Position numbers and translations under genes: made by a program
Shown: in pieces, positions 1-13,032 of the stretch
Position numbering within the stretch: the first letter of the stretch is position 1
Layout: the number at the start of each line of letters is the position of its first letter
NCBI GenBank assembly: GCA_951406725.2
Contig: OX597820.1
Coordinates: forward strand, 44,826,001-44,890,000
Source of the DNA: Octopus vulgaris
Lineage: Eukaryota
DNA: 64,000 nt
Direction: 5' to 3'
Notes under the pieces: generated by a model
Databases searched by the model: none
What the model saw: only the letters and a program-made list of their open reading frames with translations
What the model was told of the DNA's origin: nothing

Positions 1-54
1 AAAACAGGTAGGATATTTTAGCCGGATATGGCTAGTTTAAACACTTAAGGGTTA

Positions 55-215
55 AAAAGCACCCAGCACACTCTGTAAAGTGGTTGGCATCAGGAAGGGC
101 ATCCAGCTGTAGAATCCATGCCACGAGCCTGGAGAGCTCCCCGGCTAGCCAGCTCCTTTCAAACTGTCCAACTCATGCCAGCATGGAAAAACAAACGTTA
201 AATGCAGATGATGAT
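55..215 (+). mobile_element. SINE/LINE 3' tail, family D (GGAAGGGCATCCAGCTGTAGAA...CCATGCCAGCATGGAAAA...(GAT)n)
   Basis: Matches the copies at 3490-3770 (-), 4350-4520, 20937-21275, 25648-25850 (-), 40222-40400 (-) and 46080-46260 (-); ends in a GAT repeat tail. Confidence 0.75.
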
Positions 216-1076
216 GAAAAATCTTCAAGAAAAACATTAAATTCAAACATAGTTTGAGTTTAATATTAGTGTCCTCAGAATATAAATTTATGTGTTTCTG
301 AGTCTGGATTTGTGTATACTGGTGTAAATTGGTTATGCTGCATCTCATTATACAAATGGTAACTTAGTCATATGATAGCAAAAAGATTGATAAGATAAGT
401 ATCTAACTGAAATAAGTACTGTGATTCAATGTGGTCAACTAAAATCCCATAGAAAGTGTCATAGCATGGCTGCAGTCCAACAACAGTAACCAGCAAAAGA
501 ATAAAGGAATGATAATGACAACGATAAAATAAAACCCTGTCTAAATATAGCTCGGTTTATTTCTAGTATTTGTGTAGCTAAATTATTCAACCTAGACATC
601 CATTATTTAGGCCAGCCACACTAAGACTATGTAACAAACTATCATTGATGAACTGGTTAATTATATACAGATATCTCCTAAATAGTAATCTTTTAAGTAC
701 AGTAAATCTAGACAAGTAATGTGGTGTCTGTTGATGATTCTACTGCAGATGTGACAGTCCTGTTTTGGACAGGTGAGTTAAAATTACAAACATCACAGGT
801 ATCATCAATTAAAAATCCAGACAAACCAGCAAGAGGAATGTTATGTAGCTACTGTTTAACCCCAGGTCAGTCCTGACAGAACAGATCACCAATAGTCAGA
901 GGTTTTCTAGCCCTGACCATCTTGCTTTTTTTTCCTAAGCACAGAAAATTTTTTATGGAATTCTGTAAAAGATGGTAGCCATCATTATCATTATTATTAT
1001 CATCGTTTTTATATCTATTTATTTTATGTGAGCATGGGTTGGATGAGACCTCTCCAACACAGCATCTCACAGCTTA

Positions 1077-1395
1077 GGGTAAAGACCCCTTTCGGTCAAG
1101 AATAACCATGGGATCGCACCTAGAAAGCTACCCTGAGGCATAAGTCCAGGCAAGATTGTTTATGGAAGACCAGCAATCACCCACCTCCACACCACCAATG
1201 TTATCCAAGAGAAAGGCAAAGGCCAATACAGCTTGGCACCAGTGACGTCGCAACTCATTTCTACAGCTGAGTGAACTGTAGCAACATGAAATAAAGTGTC
1301 TTGCTCAAGAACAACACACAGTCTGGTCCAAGAATCAAACTCACTACCTCATGACTGTGAGCCCAATGATCTAACCACCGAGCCATGCACCTTCA
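1077..1395 (-). mobile_element. tRNA-headed SINE, family C
   Basis: Minus strand begins GTGAAGGTGCATGGCTCGGTGGTTAGA (A box), has a B-box-like GAGTTTGATTCT, then the central TTCTTGAGCAAGACACTTTATTTCA block. Collinear copies at 11840-12158 (+), 46778-47330 (+) and 62273-62605 (-). Confidence 0.85.
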
Positions 1396-2384
1396 CCCCA
1401 CAACTTATTGCATTACTTTGTCATCTCCTTCCTGGGGTTCAGCATCCTGTTCTCAGCTCTCTTTATTTCTGCTCATGTCTTCCTTGGTTTTTATCTTCTC
1501 CATGCATCTCCTGGCACTTGCTCACTCACTCACAGTACTCTCAACTCAAGTCAGGTATATCCTTTGACCAGATTATCCAATTGGGACCTTTTACTTTTTG
1601 TTGACATTTTTGTTTTAAGATCATAGTTTGGTTTCGGGGAGAATTTAAATTTAGCTGCTGTTTTTAGCAAGTAATGTAATAATGTAGAGCTTCCTTCCAT
1701 CATCATCATTCAGTTGTCCATGTTCCAAGATAGCATGTATCGAATCAACATCTGCTTTTCCATACTTGCATAGGTTAGGTGGAATTTGTTGTGGTAGGTT
1801 TTCTACAGCTGGATGACCTTTCCTGTTGCCAACCCTCACTTGTTTCCAAGCAAGGTAATATTTCCCCATAACCAGACTTGTTCTTTTTATGGGAGACTGG
1901 AAACAAACACTGCTTGTATGATAGTGGTGCTCATTTACAACCATGATGGCAAGACAAAGGTACACACAAACAGAAAGGCACACGTGCACACACACACACA
2001 TGTATACATACATATCCTTCTTTCAGTTTCTGTCTACCACATCAACTCACAAGGTTTTGATCAGTTTGGAGCTACAGTTGGAGACACTTGCTCAAATTGT
2101 TGTGGCCACATGGTTTGGAAGCAGGCTTCTTAACCCCACAACCATTCTGCACCTTTGTGCAATGCAAGTATCTTATAAACCCTGAAGGGCTGAAAGTGCT
2201 TATCTTTAGTTTCATGACTTTAACCAGATAAAAGATAAATCTCTCCTAGGATAGAACACCAGTCTGTTGTAAGAATATAGCTGACAGAAAGATTCAGGGA
2301 GGTTAGTAGAATAAAGAGGCACTTTCTAAATACGCAAGGAAGTGCTTGCAGCAAATTTAAACTCAGCTCCTATGAACTGGCATT

Positions 2385-2616
2385 TTAACCCTTTAACATT
2401 CAGATTATTCGGTCAAATGTATGGCTTATTTATTCACATTGCTTTGAATGAATCCTGCATTATCTCATAGTTTCGAGATTTCAATGGTGTGATTGTTTAT
2501 TTTTAGAATGATATTGTAGGGTATGTGTGAGAGGCCAGATTTGGCTGGTTTTAACATAAAATACGCAGAATATTTAAACTGGCCAGATATGGCCAGTTTA
2601 AATGCTAAATGGTTAA
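2385..2616. mobile_element. piggyBac-like MITE, family E
   Basis: TTAA flanks with CCCTTTA(A/G)CATT...AATGCTAAA(G/T)GG termini; further copies at 1-55 (partial), 11425-11653 (inverted) and 51600-51827. Confidence 0.8.
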
Positions 2617-2627
2617 TACACAATGAA

Positions 2628-2700
<73 letters not shown>

Positions 2701-3889
2701 CAGATAGACAGTGTGAAGAGGAAGAAGAAAGAGAATTGTTTTATTAGTTAAAGTAATCCTCAGGCAAAATCAGTGAGATACAGTTTATGACAAGCCTGGT
2801 CTTTCAAATTACAGGTATATAGTCTTGTGTGTATGGAATATCTATAGTAATATATATGACATACCATACATGAAAGCATTCTTAAAGAAATATTTAGATT
2901 AGGAAATCCTAGGTAAGTTGGCATCTCAAAGATTATAGAGCCACTAGACTAAATTTAGCAAAATAGATAAATACAAATTAAGTCCAAGCGTCAACATAAT
3001 CAGTTTATTATTATAATCTCTTTAATTCAATAGTAAACAGTTAGACCAACAGATAGCAAGCTGCAAGTATGTCAACAATGTAAAGATAGCACTGTTGTTG
3101 TTGCTGCTATTGGAGACCAGAGTAAGGTTAAAACATGTTCAGAGTTGTCTTCCACACTTACCAGAAAAATGAAAATATTTGTCATTGGCTAATTAAACAT
3201 TTTTTTCTTCACATGTTTATTTTTGGTTCATTTTAAACTTTTAGCTGCTCCATATGTTAAATCACTCAACACTAACTATTGGTCAACTGGAAACTATGGC
3301 AGAAGACACTGGTCCAAGGTGGTATGTTGTTGGATTAAGCCTGGGATCGTGTGGTTGTGAATCCAATCTTGTAACCACACAGCTAAGACATCTTGCTTCA
3401 CATCTATATCTCCTAATATTACTTTGTAACCTAAGGCAGAATCATTACCATGCCAGGCAAAATGCTGAGTGGTATTTTGGCCATTGCTAGTCATCGTCAT
3501 CATCATTTAAAGGCCATTTTCCATGCTGGCATGGGTTGGATGGTTTGACTGAGGTCTGGAGACAGTGGCTGCACCAGGCTCCAGTCTGATCTGGCAATGT
3601 ATCTACAACTGGATACCCTTCCTAACGCCAACCACTCCAAGAGTGTAGTGGGTGCTTTTTACATGTCACCGGCGTAGGAGCCAGTCAGGCGGTCCTGGCA
3701 TCAATCACATTCGGATAGTGCTTTTTATGTGTCACTGGCACAGGAGCCAATCAGGGGGCATTGGCAATCTGAATTCAAATTCTGCCAAGGTCAACTTTAC
3801 CTTTCATCTTTTCAGGGTTGAAAAATAAGTATCAATTGAACACTGGGATCAATGTCATCAACTAACCCTGTCCCCTGTCCCCTCAGTCA

Positions 3890-4226
3890 TAATAATAATA
3901 ATGAAATTATTGTATACAGTGCTCAGATGCACCACAACTTGTCAAAAGTGCATATAAAGTATATGCAGTAATGTACAAATGTCTGGAAAGTGAACAGTGT
4001 ATGAGTCAGATACATTCTTGCGTGTGTATGGAGGGGAGAAAATCAGGTGTAGTGTTGGTGAACCTCAGGAAGCATGGAAGTTTTGAAGGATGCAGTGCTC
4101 CGACAACTAACAACTGATGCCGGCAGTTTGTTCCATGCTTCAGCAACTCTTAGCGTGAAAAAATGTTTCTGAAAGTCATGGGAGCTGTGCTGTTTTCTGA
4201 CTTTGTAAACATGTTTACGGGTGTTA
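3890..4226 (-). mobile_element. CR1-type LINE 3' end fragment
   Basis: Nearly identical to 32880-33225, which continues into RT C-terminal coding sequence; (ATT)n tail on the minus strand. Confidence 0.85.
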
Positions 4227-4591
4227 ACCCCTCTCTCAAATACTCTACTTAGTAGCAGGAAGTTTTTCCTCTTTTTTTTTCACCCCCTGTTCCATTTCTG
4301 TCTTGCAAATTACTTGGCAACTTCACTTGTGCTGATGGCATGAAAAAAAAAACACCCAGTATACACTGTAAAACAATTGGCATTAAGAATCCAGCTGTAG
4401 AGATCATGCCAAAGCAGATAATGGAATTCAGCACAGCCCCACTGCTCACTGGACCCAGTCAAACTTTCCAACCCATGCCAGCATAGAAAAGAGATGTTAA
4501 ATGATGATGATGATGATGATAACGATGACTACATTTAATTGATCTTTGAAGTTTTCTGTAGACTTATACAAAAAATGTGATAAAAATATTC

Positions 4592-4990
4592 TCTTTTACT
4601 CTTTTACTTGATTCAGTCATTTGACTGCAGTCATGCTGGAGCACCACCTTTAGTCGAGCAAATCGACTCCAGGACTTATTCTTTGTAGGCCCAGTACTTA
4701 TTCTATCAGTCTGTTTTGCCGAACCACTACGTTACAGGGACGTAAACACACCAACATCGGTTGTCAAGTGATGTTGGGGGGGACAAACACAGACACATGA
4801 ACACACACATACACATATATACATATACATATATACATATACGATGGGCTTCTTTCAGTTTCCGTCTACCAAATCCACTCACAAGGCTTTGGTCAACCTG
4901 AGGCTATAGTAGAAGACACTTGCCCAAGGTGCCACGCAGTGGGACTGAACCCAGAACCATGTGGTTGGTAAGCAAGCTACTCCTGCGCCT
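4592..4990 (-). mobile_element. tRNA-headed SINE, family A (CORE-like centre), near full length
   Basis: Minus strand has GGCGCAGGAG...GGTTCAGTCCC (B box), GGCACCTTGGGCAAGTGTCTT, an internal CA/TA microsatellite and a (GTAAAAGA)n tail. More than 15 copies occur in the window on both strands. Confidence 0.9.
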
Positions 4991-5208
4991 ATATTCAACA
5001 ATTTTTGTTCAGTTTATTCATTTATTTATTTATAAATTGTATCTATTTATATGTAGTTAATTCATGACTTAAAATATTCAATTTTAGATTCCAAATTTGT
5101 AAAATGGAGATACTCTAATATAACAAAATTTCACAGGAGTATGTAAATTAGAAATTGATATTCAAATGGATATCAAAATTCAATTAGAAAAAAATATTTT
5201 TCATTTTT

Positions 5209-5860
5209 GTATTTGGTTTGCAAGATTCTTGATGTGATCTCATGAATTGGAACAGATTTTGCTGTGTCTCAAGAGGGTCATTATGCTAATAATGATTTCA
5301 AATTTTGGCACAAGGCCAGCAGGTTTGGGGGAGCAGGTATGTTGACTACATCAACCCCAGTGCTCAACTGGTACTTATTTTATTGACTCCCAAAAGAATG
5401 AAAGGCAAGGTTGACTTCAGTGGAATTTGAACTCAGAACATAAAGATGGACAAAATGCTGATAAGCATTTTGCCCAGAGTGCAAACAATTCTGCCATTTG
5501 CCACCTTAAATTATGCTTATAATTAACACACACATTTGTTTGATTCCACTTCTTTATTATTATTCGTCAATTGGTTAGCTATTAAACTAACTAGCTAATC
5601 AATTGTTTGATTAATCATTTCATCAATCAATCATTCAGTTACATTTGTCAAAGAGTTTTTGTCCCCTTTCATGACCTCTTCAATGACACACCCTCTCTAC
5701 TTCAGGTCAGCTTCAGACTTTAGCAAACAAACGTGATTGATCAATTGATTAACCAAATGATTAATCAAACAATCAATTAGGTAATTGGTTGATGAATAAT
5801 AATAATAAAGAAAGCAAGCTGAAACAGTGCATGTGCATTAGTATAATGACCCTCCCAATT
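5209..5860. mobile_element. Fold-back repeat (probably Penelope-derived) interrupted by a family B SINE at ~5290-5508
   Basis: Start GTATTTGGTTTGCAAGATTCTT is shared with 53738 and, more loosely, 9678; the arm at 5545-5635 is inverted relative to 5733-5815. Confidence 0.55.
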
Positions 5861-6689
5861 AAAAAATTGTTTTACAGAAATTATTAGTGATTTTTATTTG
5901 GATCTCAGTTTAAAAAATACCTATATTGAATTTTTATTTACTTGTGAAGCAGAAAATAATTGTTTCTGCATATTTCTATGTCTATATGTCTGAGATTAAC
6001 AAGATTATAAATGGTTAACAAGATTATGTATGGTTAACAAGATTATAAATATTTGAAAATTGTTAATCTCATCCTTGCAGATGAAAGATTTTTTTTCTAT
6101 ATTTACTTAAATAGTGAAATATGTATATAACCACAAGATTAGGTTAATTTAATCCTATTTTTCATCTCCAGTTTTAATTATGAAAATATTCTAATTTTAT
6201 CAAATATTAAATTTAAAGAGATAGGGGAAGTAAAAAGAAAATCTAAAAATTAACTTTAGTTAAAATATCTGCCCTGACTTCAAACATTTTACTGGAATGT
6301 ACTCAGGGTACTTATCAAAATCCCTGCCTCAACTTCATATCCATTGGGATTTTGTTCAAATTTTAAAACAGAATAGTTAATATTCTCAATTTTAAGAGGA
6401 TTATAATAAGGAAATGATTATAGTGATATTTAGGAGAAAGTTACTAAATCTGTTTTATATCCTCTTGTCTTTAATCCTTGTATGATAACTACATAGATGC
6501 TTGTATTGTTTCCTGGTTAATTTTTTTAAAAATCAAAATTAACTAACATGTCCTAATATTACTTAGCTAATTAACCCTCAAACAGCAGACATCATCAATT
6601 AGTGTTTTACTAGAGAACAGCAGACATTAGCAACTGATGTTTCAAAAATTTTACATGGATACACAAGTTGTCAATCGATGCCCATGTGT

Positions 6690-7163
6690 CTACTTGAAAG
6701 AGTCCAGAAGCTGGCTGCCTGCATGGTTCTTGGTCTCAAGCATTTGTCTTATGAAGAAAGGCTGAAGACGCTCTACCTTTATTCTCTCGAAAAACGCCGC
6801 TACTGTGGTGATCTCATTCTCACTCACAACATCATAAGTGGAAAGTGTAACCTCTCGAAAGAGCTGTTCTTCACTCCTGCTCCAGAACGTGGGCTGTGGA
6901 GCCACTCCAAAAAGCTCTATCTACGACAATTTCATCTCAATTGAAGGAGAGGGGCTTTCTCTGTCTGGGTTGCGGATCCGTGGAATAAGCTGTCGGACGA
7001 GATAGTGAAGATGCCGACGACCGCTCGGTTCAAAGTCTCTCTTGACCAGAAATGGCCTGAACTCTTTGTATGACCACCCTCCCTGTACATATCTCCCTGT
7101 CCCCCCACATGGCCTTGCTTTTGCTTTTTGAGCCAATAAAAATTGAATTAAATTGAATTGAAA
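6690..7163 (+). mobile_element. CR1-type LINE ORF2 C-terminus and 3' tail (5'-truncated, decayed)
   Basis: ORF 6678-6944 reads LERVQKLAACMVLGLKHLSYEERLKTLYLYSLEKRRYCGDLI, the typical CR1 RT C-terminus (LERVQR.A...L..L.YEERL..L.L.SLE.RR..GDLI); followed by AATAAA and an (AATTG)n tail. Confidence 0.9.
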
Positions 7164-8135
7164 ATTCATCAAATGCACCTAAACATGCATGGCCCTCATT
7201 GAAAGGAGAAATCAAATAGCAAATGGAATATTTACACACCAATGAAGGAGACTTCTGTGACTTTCCATCATTATCATCAGATGATGATAATGACGCCCTA
7301 GATAACACAGAAGAAAGTGATGCTTCAACAAGCTCTGGGTGGAAAAAAGTTAACCAAAATTTTTTTTTCTCCATTTGTACATTCAACAACAATGTGAGAA
7401 TCTCAAATGAATTAATGCTCGAATGATTTTATTGCCTATTTGTCTTTATTTTTATAACCTAAAAGAGTTAAAATAGCATTTTCATATTTTTTGTTTTGTT
7501 GCTCATTTGGCACATGCATTCATGCAAGTTTTTCCTGCAATTTAAGGGTTAAATATTGTAGTTAAAAAAAAAAAATCAAATAGATAATTTATTTTAGTAC
7601 CAACATGCAGAGCTTGAATTCAGATCTACAGCAAGCATTTTGTTATGCATTTGAACATGAATATATACAAGATCTCCTGGGAATATCACCTGCAAAAGAT
7701 TATCATCCTAAACAATGGAAGAACTATCTCTTGACCCTTTTGTTATTGTATTAATTTTGAGATGCTCTGTGTTTGTTCCAATTACTTTAAATATAACAAA
7801 GAATTTAGTAAAATATCTTAGTTATCTTTCAGCTAGTGTTGGGAACATAAATTGTGACTAAGGAAGGGGTTTTGTGCATGGTTTTCATAGGCACTGGTGA
7901 GGCCAGTTACATCGTCATGTCATGAAAAATGCCAAGAAAAATCCAAGCCTTGTCTTCCCCTTGGACATGACTATATTTGGCATGGAGAAGGAGAAACCTG
8001 TATGCATAGGCAACAGCTAGTCTTCTACAGAAAAAAAGCCCAAAAAATTCCCTCAGATCTGTGCATTGCAGACAAACATTTTAAGCAGGGAAACCAAAGG
8101 TATGCGATGACTAAAGAGAAACCATACATACATAC

Positions 8136-8191
<56 letters not shown>

Positions 8192-8341
8192 AATTAAGGA
8201 CTGCACACGAAAAGTGGACAGTCAACATGCTAGATATAGACGTCAAATCGCCATTCTCCACAAAAAGTTTATGTTCTCAGATCAAACTCAACAAAACCAA
8301 AGCAAGTGAAAAATATATAAATATCAATTTTTACCCTAAAT

Positions 8342-8374
<33 letters not shown>

Positions 8375-9375
8375 CATACAAAGAAGGAGAGAGACAGAGA
8401 CAGATAGACAGACAAACAGATCATAAAAAGGAAGTAAGCAGTGATAATTGTCAACACACAAAAATATGAAAGCTACCCTACCTGCAAGTATGTTCACATG
8501 AAACAAAACAGCAGCTTTCGAAATGAGCTGTTTTAGTACAAACATCCCTTTTTTATAGGGTCCATAACACATAATTTAAACTAATTAATCCTTCATAACC
8601 TATCAAGTAAGGAATTATGTATAGATTTACTGGACTTTATAAAATAAGAGGATAAGTAGAGATTAAGTGACTTCCGACTTCAATATCCTCCTAATTGTTT
8701 CCTTATTATAATCCTCTTTAGGGACACGTATTTTGATTTGCAAATCAAAATCTACAGGAATCCCTTAAATAAAATAATAAATGAAAATAAATTAAAATAC
8801 ATTCCAAGGGTTTAATGTAAGATACTTGTCCAGTTAAAACAATAAATAGATAAGTTTTAAATAATGAAGCATATTTCTCTACTTATAAATATATTGAATT
8901 TACCAAACTTTTACTACAATAAATGTAGAAAGTTTGTTTAGTAGAATCGGTAGAGTGATAGAAAAAAAATGTGTTACAGTATTTGATTGCATGTCTTTAT
9001 ATTCTGAGATCAAAATCCCACCAAAGGCAATTTTGTTTTTTCATCATTGTGGGACTGATAAGTACCAATTGAGTACAAGGGTCCATGAAGGCAACTATAC
9101 CCCTTCTCCCAAATTTGAGGCCTTCTGTCTACTTAGAAATCAGTATCTTTCTTGCACGAGTTTCAATCATTAGACTGTGGCCATGCTGGGGCACAACCAC
9201 CTTGAAAAAGATTTAGTTAAATGAATTGACCTCAGTATTTATTTTTAAAGCCTGGTACTTATTCTATCAGTCTCCTTTTGCCAAACCTCTATGTTGTGGG
9301 GACATAAACACACCAACTCTGGTTGTCAAGTGGTGTTGGGAGATGAACAGATATGAAGACACATACACACAAATA

Positions 9376-9429
<54 letters not shown>

Positions 9430-10911
9430 TGTGTGTATATTTACCTTGTTAACAATTAACACGGAAAAAATAGATAAATAGTTAATAGGCCTCTTTCAAT
9501 TTACAATCATGATAAAGAAAAGATTAATAGAAAATCATGTAAGGGGTGTAACTTTTAAGAATTTTATAAAAGAATTTACAAGTAGGTTCACTTGTAAATA
9601 CCATTATCATTATTTGCTTGAGAGTAACCTACAAACAAGTTAAATAAAAGGTTAAGGATTACAAATATTACATTTATGTATTTATTTTACAAGATTCCTG
9701 ATATGAAACCTTGTGTTGAAGCATATATTGTTATAGTTTGGGATGGTCATTAAAGAAATTTTTTTTTTGTCAGATAAACACATGCACTATATAATTATTC
9801 TGCACTTCAGCTTTATCATTCTTATTTGCCTGATAGAAAGCCAGAAAGGACTAAACAGAACAGGATAAGACATGTGGGATTTAGAGTCACTGAAGAGGTC
9901 ACAGGGTGTGACAAAAGATTTTGGACAAAGGCCACTAAAACAAGGACAATAATAAAGCTAAAGTGAAGAACAAATGTGTGTGTTTATTTGGTTAAAAAAA
10001 TACACACACACACACACACACATTGTTCTTATCTGGTTGTTAACCTAGTGCAATGACCTAGTAAAGGTTATGTATCTGTTGTTTCTATTTGTGACAGCAT
10101 CCTTTGCCAGCTATTACATTTGAATATTTTAATTCTGTATCTTAAACAAGGAACAAGATAAAAAAAAACAGGATGGGTAAGAAGGGGGGCAGAAAAATCC
10201 TTTTAATGAAAAACAGGTAAGAAGCTTACTTCCCAATCACATGGTTTGGGGTTCAGTTCCACTGTGTGACACCTTGGGCAAGTGTCTTCTATGATAAACC
10301 CCAGGCCAATCAAAGCTTTTGTGAATGGATTTGGTAGGCAGAAACTGAAAGAAGCCCATCATATATGTGTGCGTGCATGCATGCATGCGTGTGTATGTGC
10401 GTGTTCTTCCACCACTGCTTGATAACAGATGCTGGTGTGTTAATGTCCCTGTAACTTTGTGGTTCAGCAAAAGAGACTGATAGAAATACTGGCTTTTAAA
10501 AAATAAGTACTGGGTCGATTTATTTTACAAAAAATTCCTCAAGGCAGTACCCCAGCATGGCCACAGTCTAATGACTGAAACTTGTAAAAGAAAAAGACGT
10601 AAAACCATTTTTACATGAAGTCCAGCACACCTGTTATCATAAATTACAGGTTACTTGTCAGATTAGATTGCTGTCTGATATTTTCCCCTTGCATGCACTG
10701 ACAAACACACCTCAGGTAATTATTTATACATCACTAGTCACAATGGCAACCTAATTTTTTTTTTAATTCTAATTTTATTTTATTTTTACTGCCATTTCTA
10801 TTCATAGACCTGGAACATCTCAATTCAAATAACATTCTCATTCAGTATGAATAATTAGCAGAGTTACATTTTCATAACATTTACTTTGCTTCTTTACATT
10901 ATTTCATAAGT

Positions 10912-11215
10912 AGTGAAGGCATGTGGCTAAGTGGTTAAGGCATTCGGCTCACGATTGTAAGGTCGTGAGTTCAATTCCCGGTGACGTGTTGTGTCCTTGA
11001 GCAAGACACTTTATTTCGCGTTGCTCCAGTCCACTCAGCTGGCAAAAACGAGTTGTACTTGTATTTCAAAGGGTTGGTTGAATCTCTGAGAAGTATGTTA
11101 GGGGTACATGTGTCTGTGGATTGCTCAGTCACTTGCACGTTAATTACACAAGCAAGCTGTTCCATTGATTGGATCAGCTGGGACCCTCGTCGTCATAACC
11201 GACGGAGTGCTCTTT
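10912..11215 (+). mobile_element. tRNA-headed SINE, family C variant (different 3' half)
   Basis: TGGCTAAGTGG A box, GAGTTCAATTCC B box, GTGTCCTTGAGCAAGACACTTTATTTC core; related pieces at 25130-25370, 26010-26410 and 33778-34020. Confidence 0.85.
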
Positions 11216-12527
11216 ATTTCATAAGAAAAAATACCTAACAGGTTGGAATATCTTTGATCAAATATCTACTGGATCAAGGCTGGTCTAGAGCTTAATAACA
11301 GCAACATTAATGACAATAATTCACTTTCAATTCTAAGTTAAAAAGACTATTACATTTACATGTCTTCTCTTCAGCCAGTAGTTTCCAAAATTTATTTATC
11401 TCACTTTATTACTTGTAATACATTTTAACCCTTTAACATTTAAACCAGCCATATCTGGCCCAAATATTTTACCAGTTTTCAGTTCAAACTGGCTAGATCC
11501 AGCCTCTCACACTCACCCTAAAATGTCATTTCTAAATATAATCAATCACATCATCAAAATCTTGAAGTGGCAAGATAATGCATAATTAATAGGAAACAAT
11601 GTGATTGTATAAGTATTTAATTTGATAGTGCAATCTGAATGCTAAAGACTTAAACCACATATTTTTCTATATCAGTAGAGGCTAAATTTGTCTTCACATA
11701 CAATTGCTAGAGGATGCTTGCAAAGGATGATGCTCAAAGAAGCAGAAAAATGTATTTAATAATTCCACCACTACTGCTGGACACTTTTTACCTGCTACTC
11801 ACATATTTATGTGATTTTTAACACTATAACATCTATACATAAAGGCACATGGCTCAGTGGTTAGAGTGTCGGGCTCACAATAATGAGGAAGTGAGTTTAA
11901 TTCCTGGAGTAAGACACCTTATTCCATGTTGCTCCAATTCTCTCAGCTGTAGAAATGAGTTGCGATGTCACTGGTGCCAAACTGTATCAGCCTTTGCCTT
12001 TCCCTTGGAAAACATCGGTGGTGTGGAGAGGTGTAGGCTGGTATGCATGGGCAACTGCTGGTCTTCCATAAACAACCTGGCCGGACTTGTGCCTTGGAGG
12101 GTAACTTTCTAGGTGCAATCCCATGGTCATTCATGACCAAAGGAAGTCTTTACCCTTTACATCTTTATGAGATACTTTCTTGTGATGAATACTGCAGTTC
12201 CTTGGCTTTCAACAGTATATCTCTGTTAAGTATGATATACAGAATGCTACATGAATATATTTTGGTATAATTTATGCCTAAAAAAGTAAAAAAAATTTAA
12301 ACAATGTATCTATATATTCTAGTTATAAATATTAATATTTATTTAAATTATAGAAAATTATTAAGTAGTTACCACTTTACTATTCAATCGCAGGTTACTA
12401 AATTACATAATATAAATATATTTCAATACAATTATTATCTATCTTTAAATAATTTATGACTGAAAATTACAACAGAGCCAGCAATCGACAACCTCATTAT
12501 ACTGGCTATAGATATTGATTATTTAAA

Positions 12528-13032
12528 TAGTGCTTCTCAACTGGGGTCCATATAAGATTTTCTGGGGTCCACATAATCAAATTAGTAAATTGAGGATCTA
12601 CAATAGTATTTTAGGGGTCCATGAAAAAATTTTACAAGAAACAGCCAGGTTTCTTTCCCTAACATTATACATAGTTCAAACTACACAAGGGAATGTGTGA
12701 AAAAACAAAATAGGAATTTTGAAACAAGTACTGCATCCTTCAAAACTTCCATGCTTCCTGATATTCGCCAACACTACACTTGATTTTCTCCCCTCCATAC
12801 ACACACAAGCATGTTCACTTTCCAGACATTTCTACATTACTGCATGTACTTTATATGCACTTTCTGACAAGTTGTGGTGCACCTGAGCACTGTATACAAT
12901 AATTTCATTATATATAAGTATCTATAAAACAAAGTTTTAAACATTGAATGGCTTTGTGGGGTCCACCAGAGCAGAATAGTAATCAAAGGGATCTATAGAT
13001 AAAAAAAAAAAAAAAACGGTTGAGAACTACTT
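12528..13032. mobile_element. hAT-like MITE containing a CR1 3' fragment (12729-12910)
   Basis: Termini TAGTGCTTCTCAAC / GTTGAGAACTACT resemble CAGTGGTTCTCAAC hAT-Charlie TIRs; ATTTAAA on both flanks; internal GGGGTCCA subterminal repeats. Confidence 0.7.

Noticed and set aside
712-772. TSNVVSVDDSTADVTVLFW before GTGAGT, reminiscent of the STN1/RPA2 OB-fold VDDST..W motif
   Set aside because: Poor acceptor, in-frame stop immediately upstream and no neighbouring exons of such a gene found.
7897-8469. Longest ORF (190 aa) and the other YIYI/CVCV/LSLS-rich ORFs
   Set aside because: They stay open only because they run through stop-free microsatellites and repeats.
10912-10982. SINE heads considered as functional tRNA genes
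   Set aside because: A and B boxes are present but there is no proper cloverleaf or acceptor stem, and they continue into SINE body sequence.
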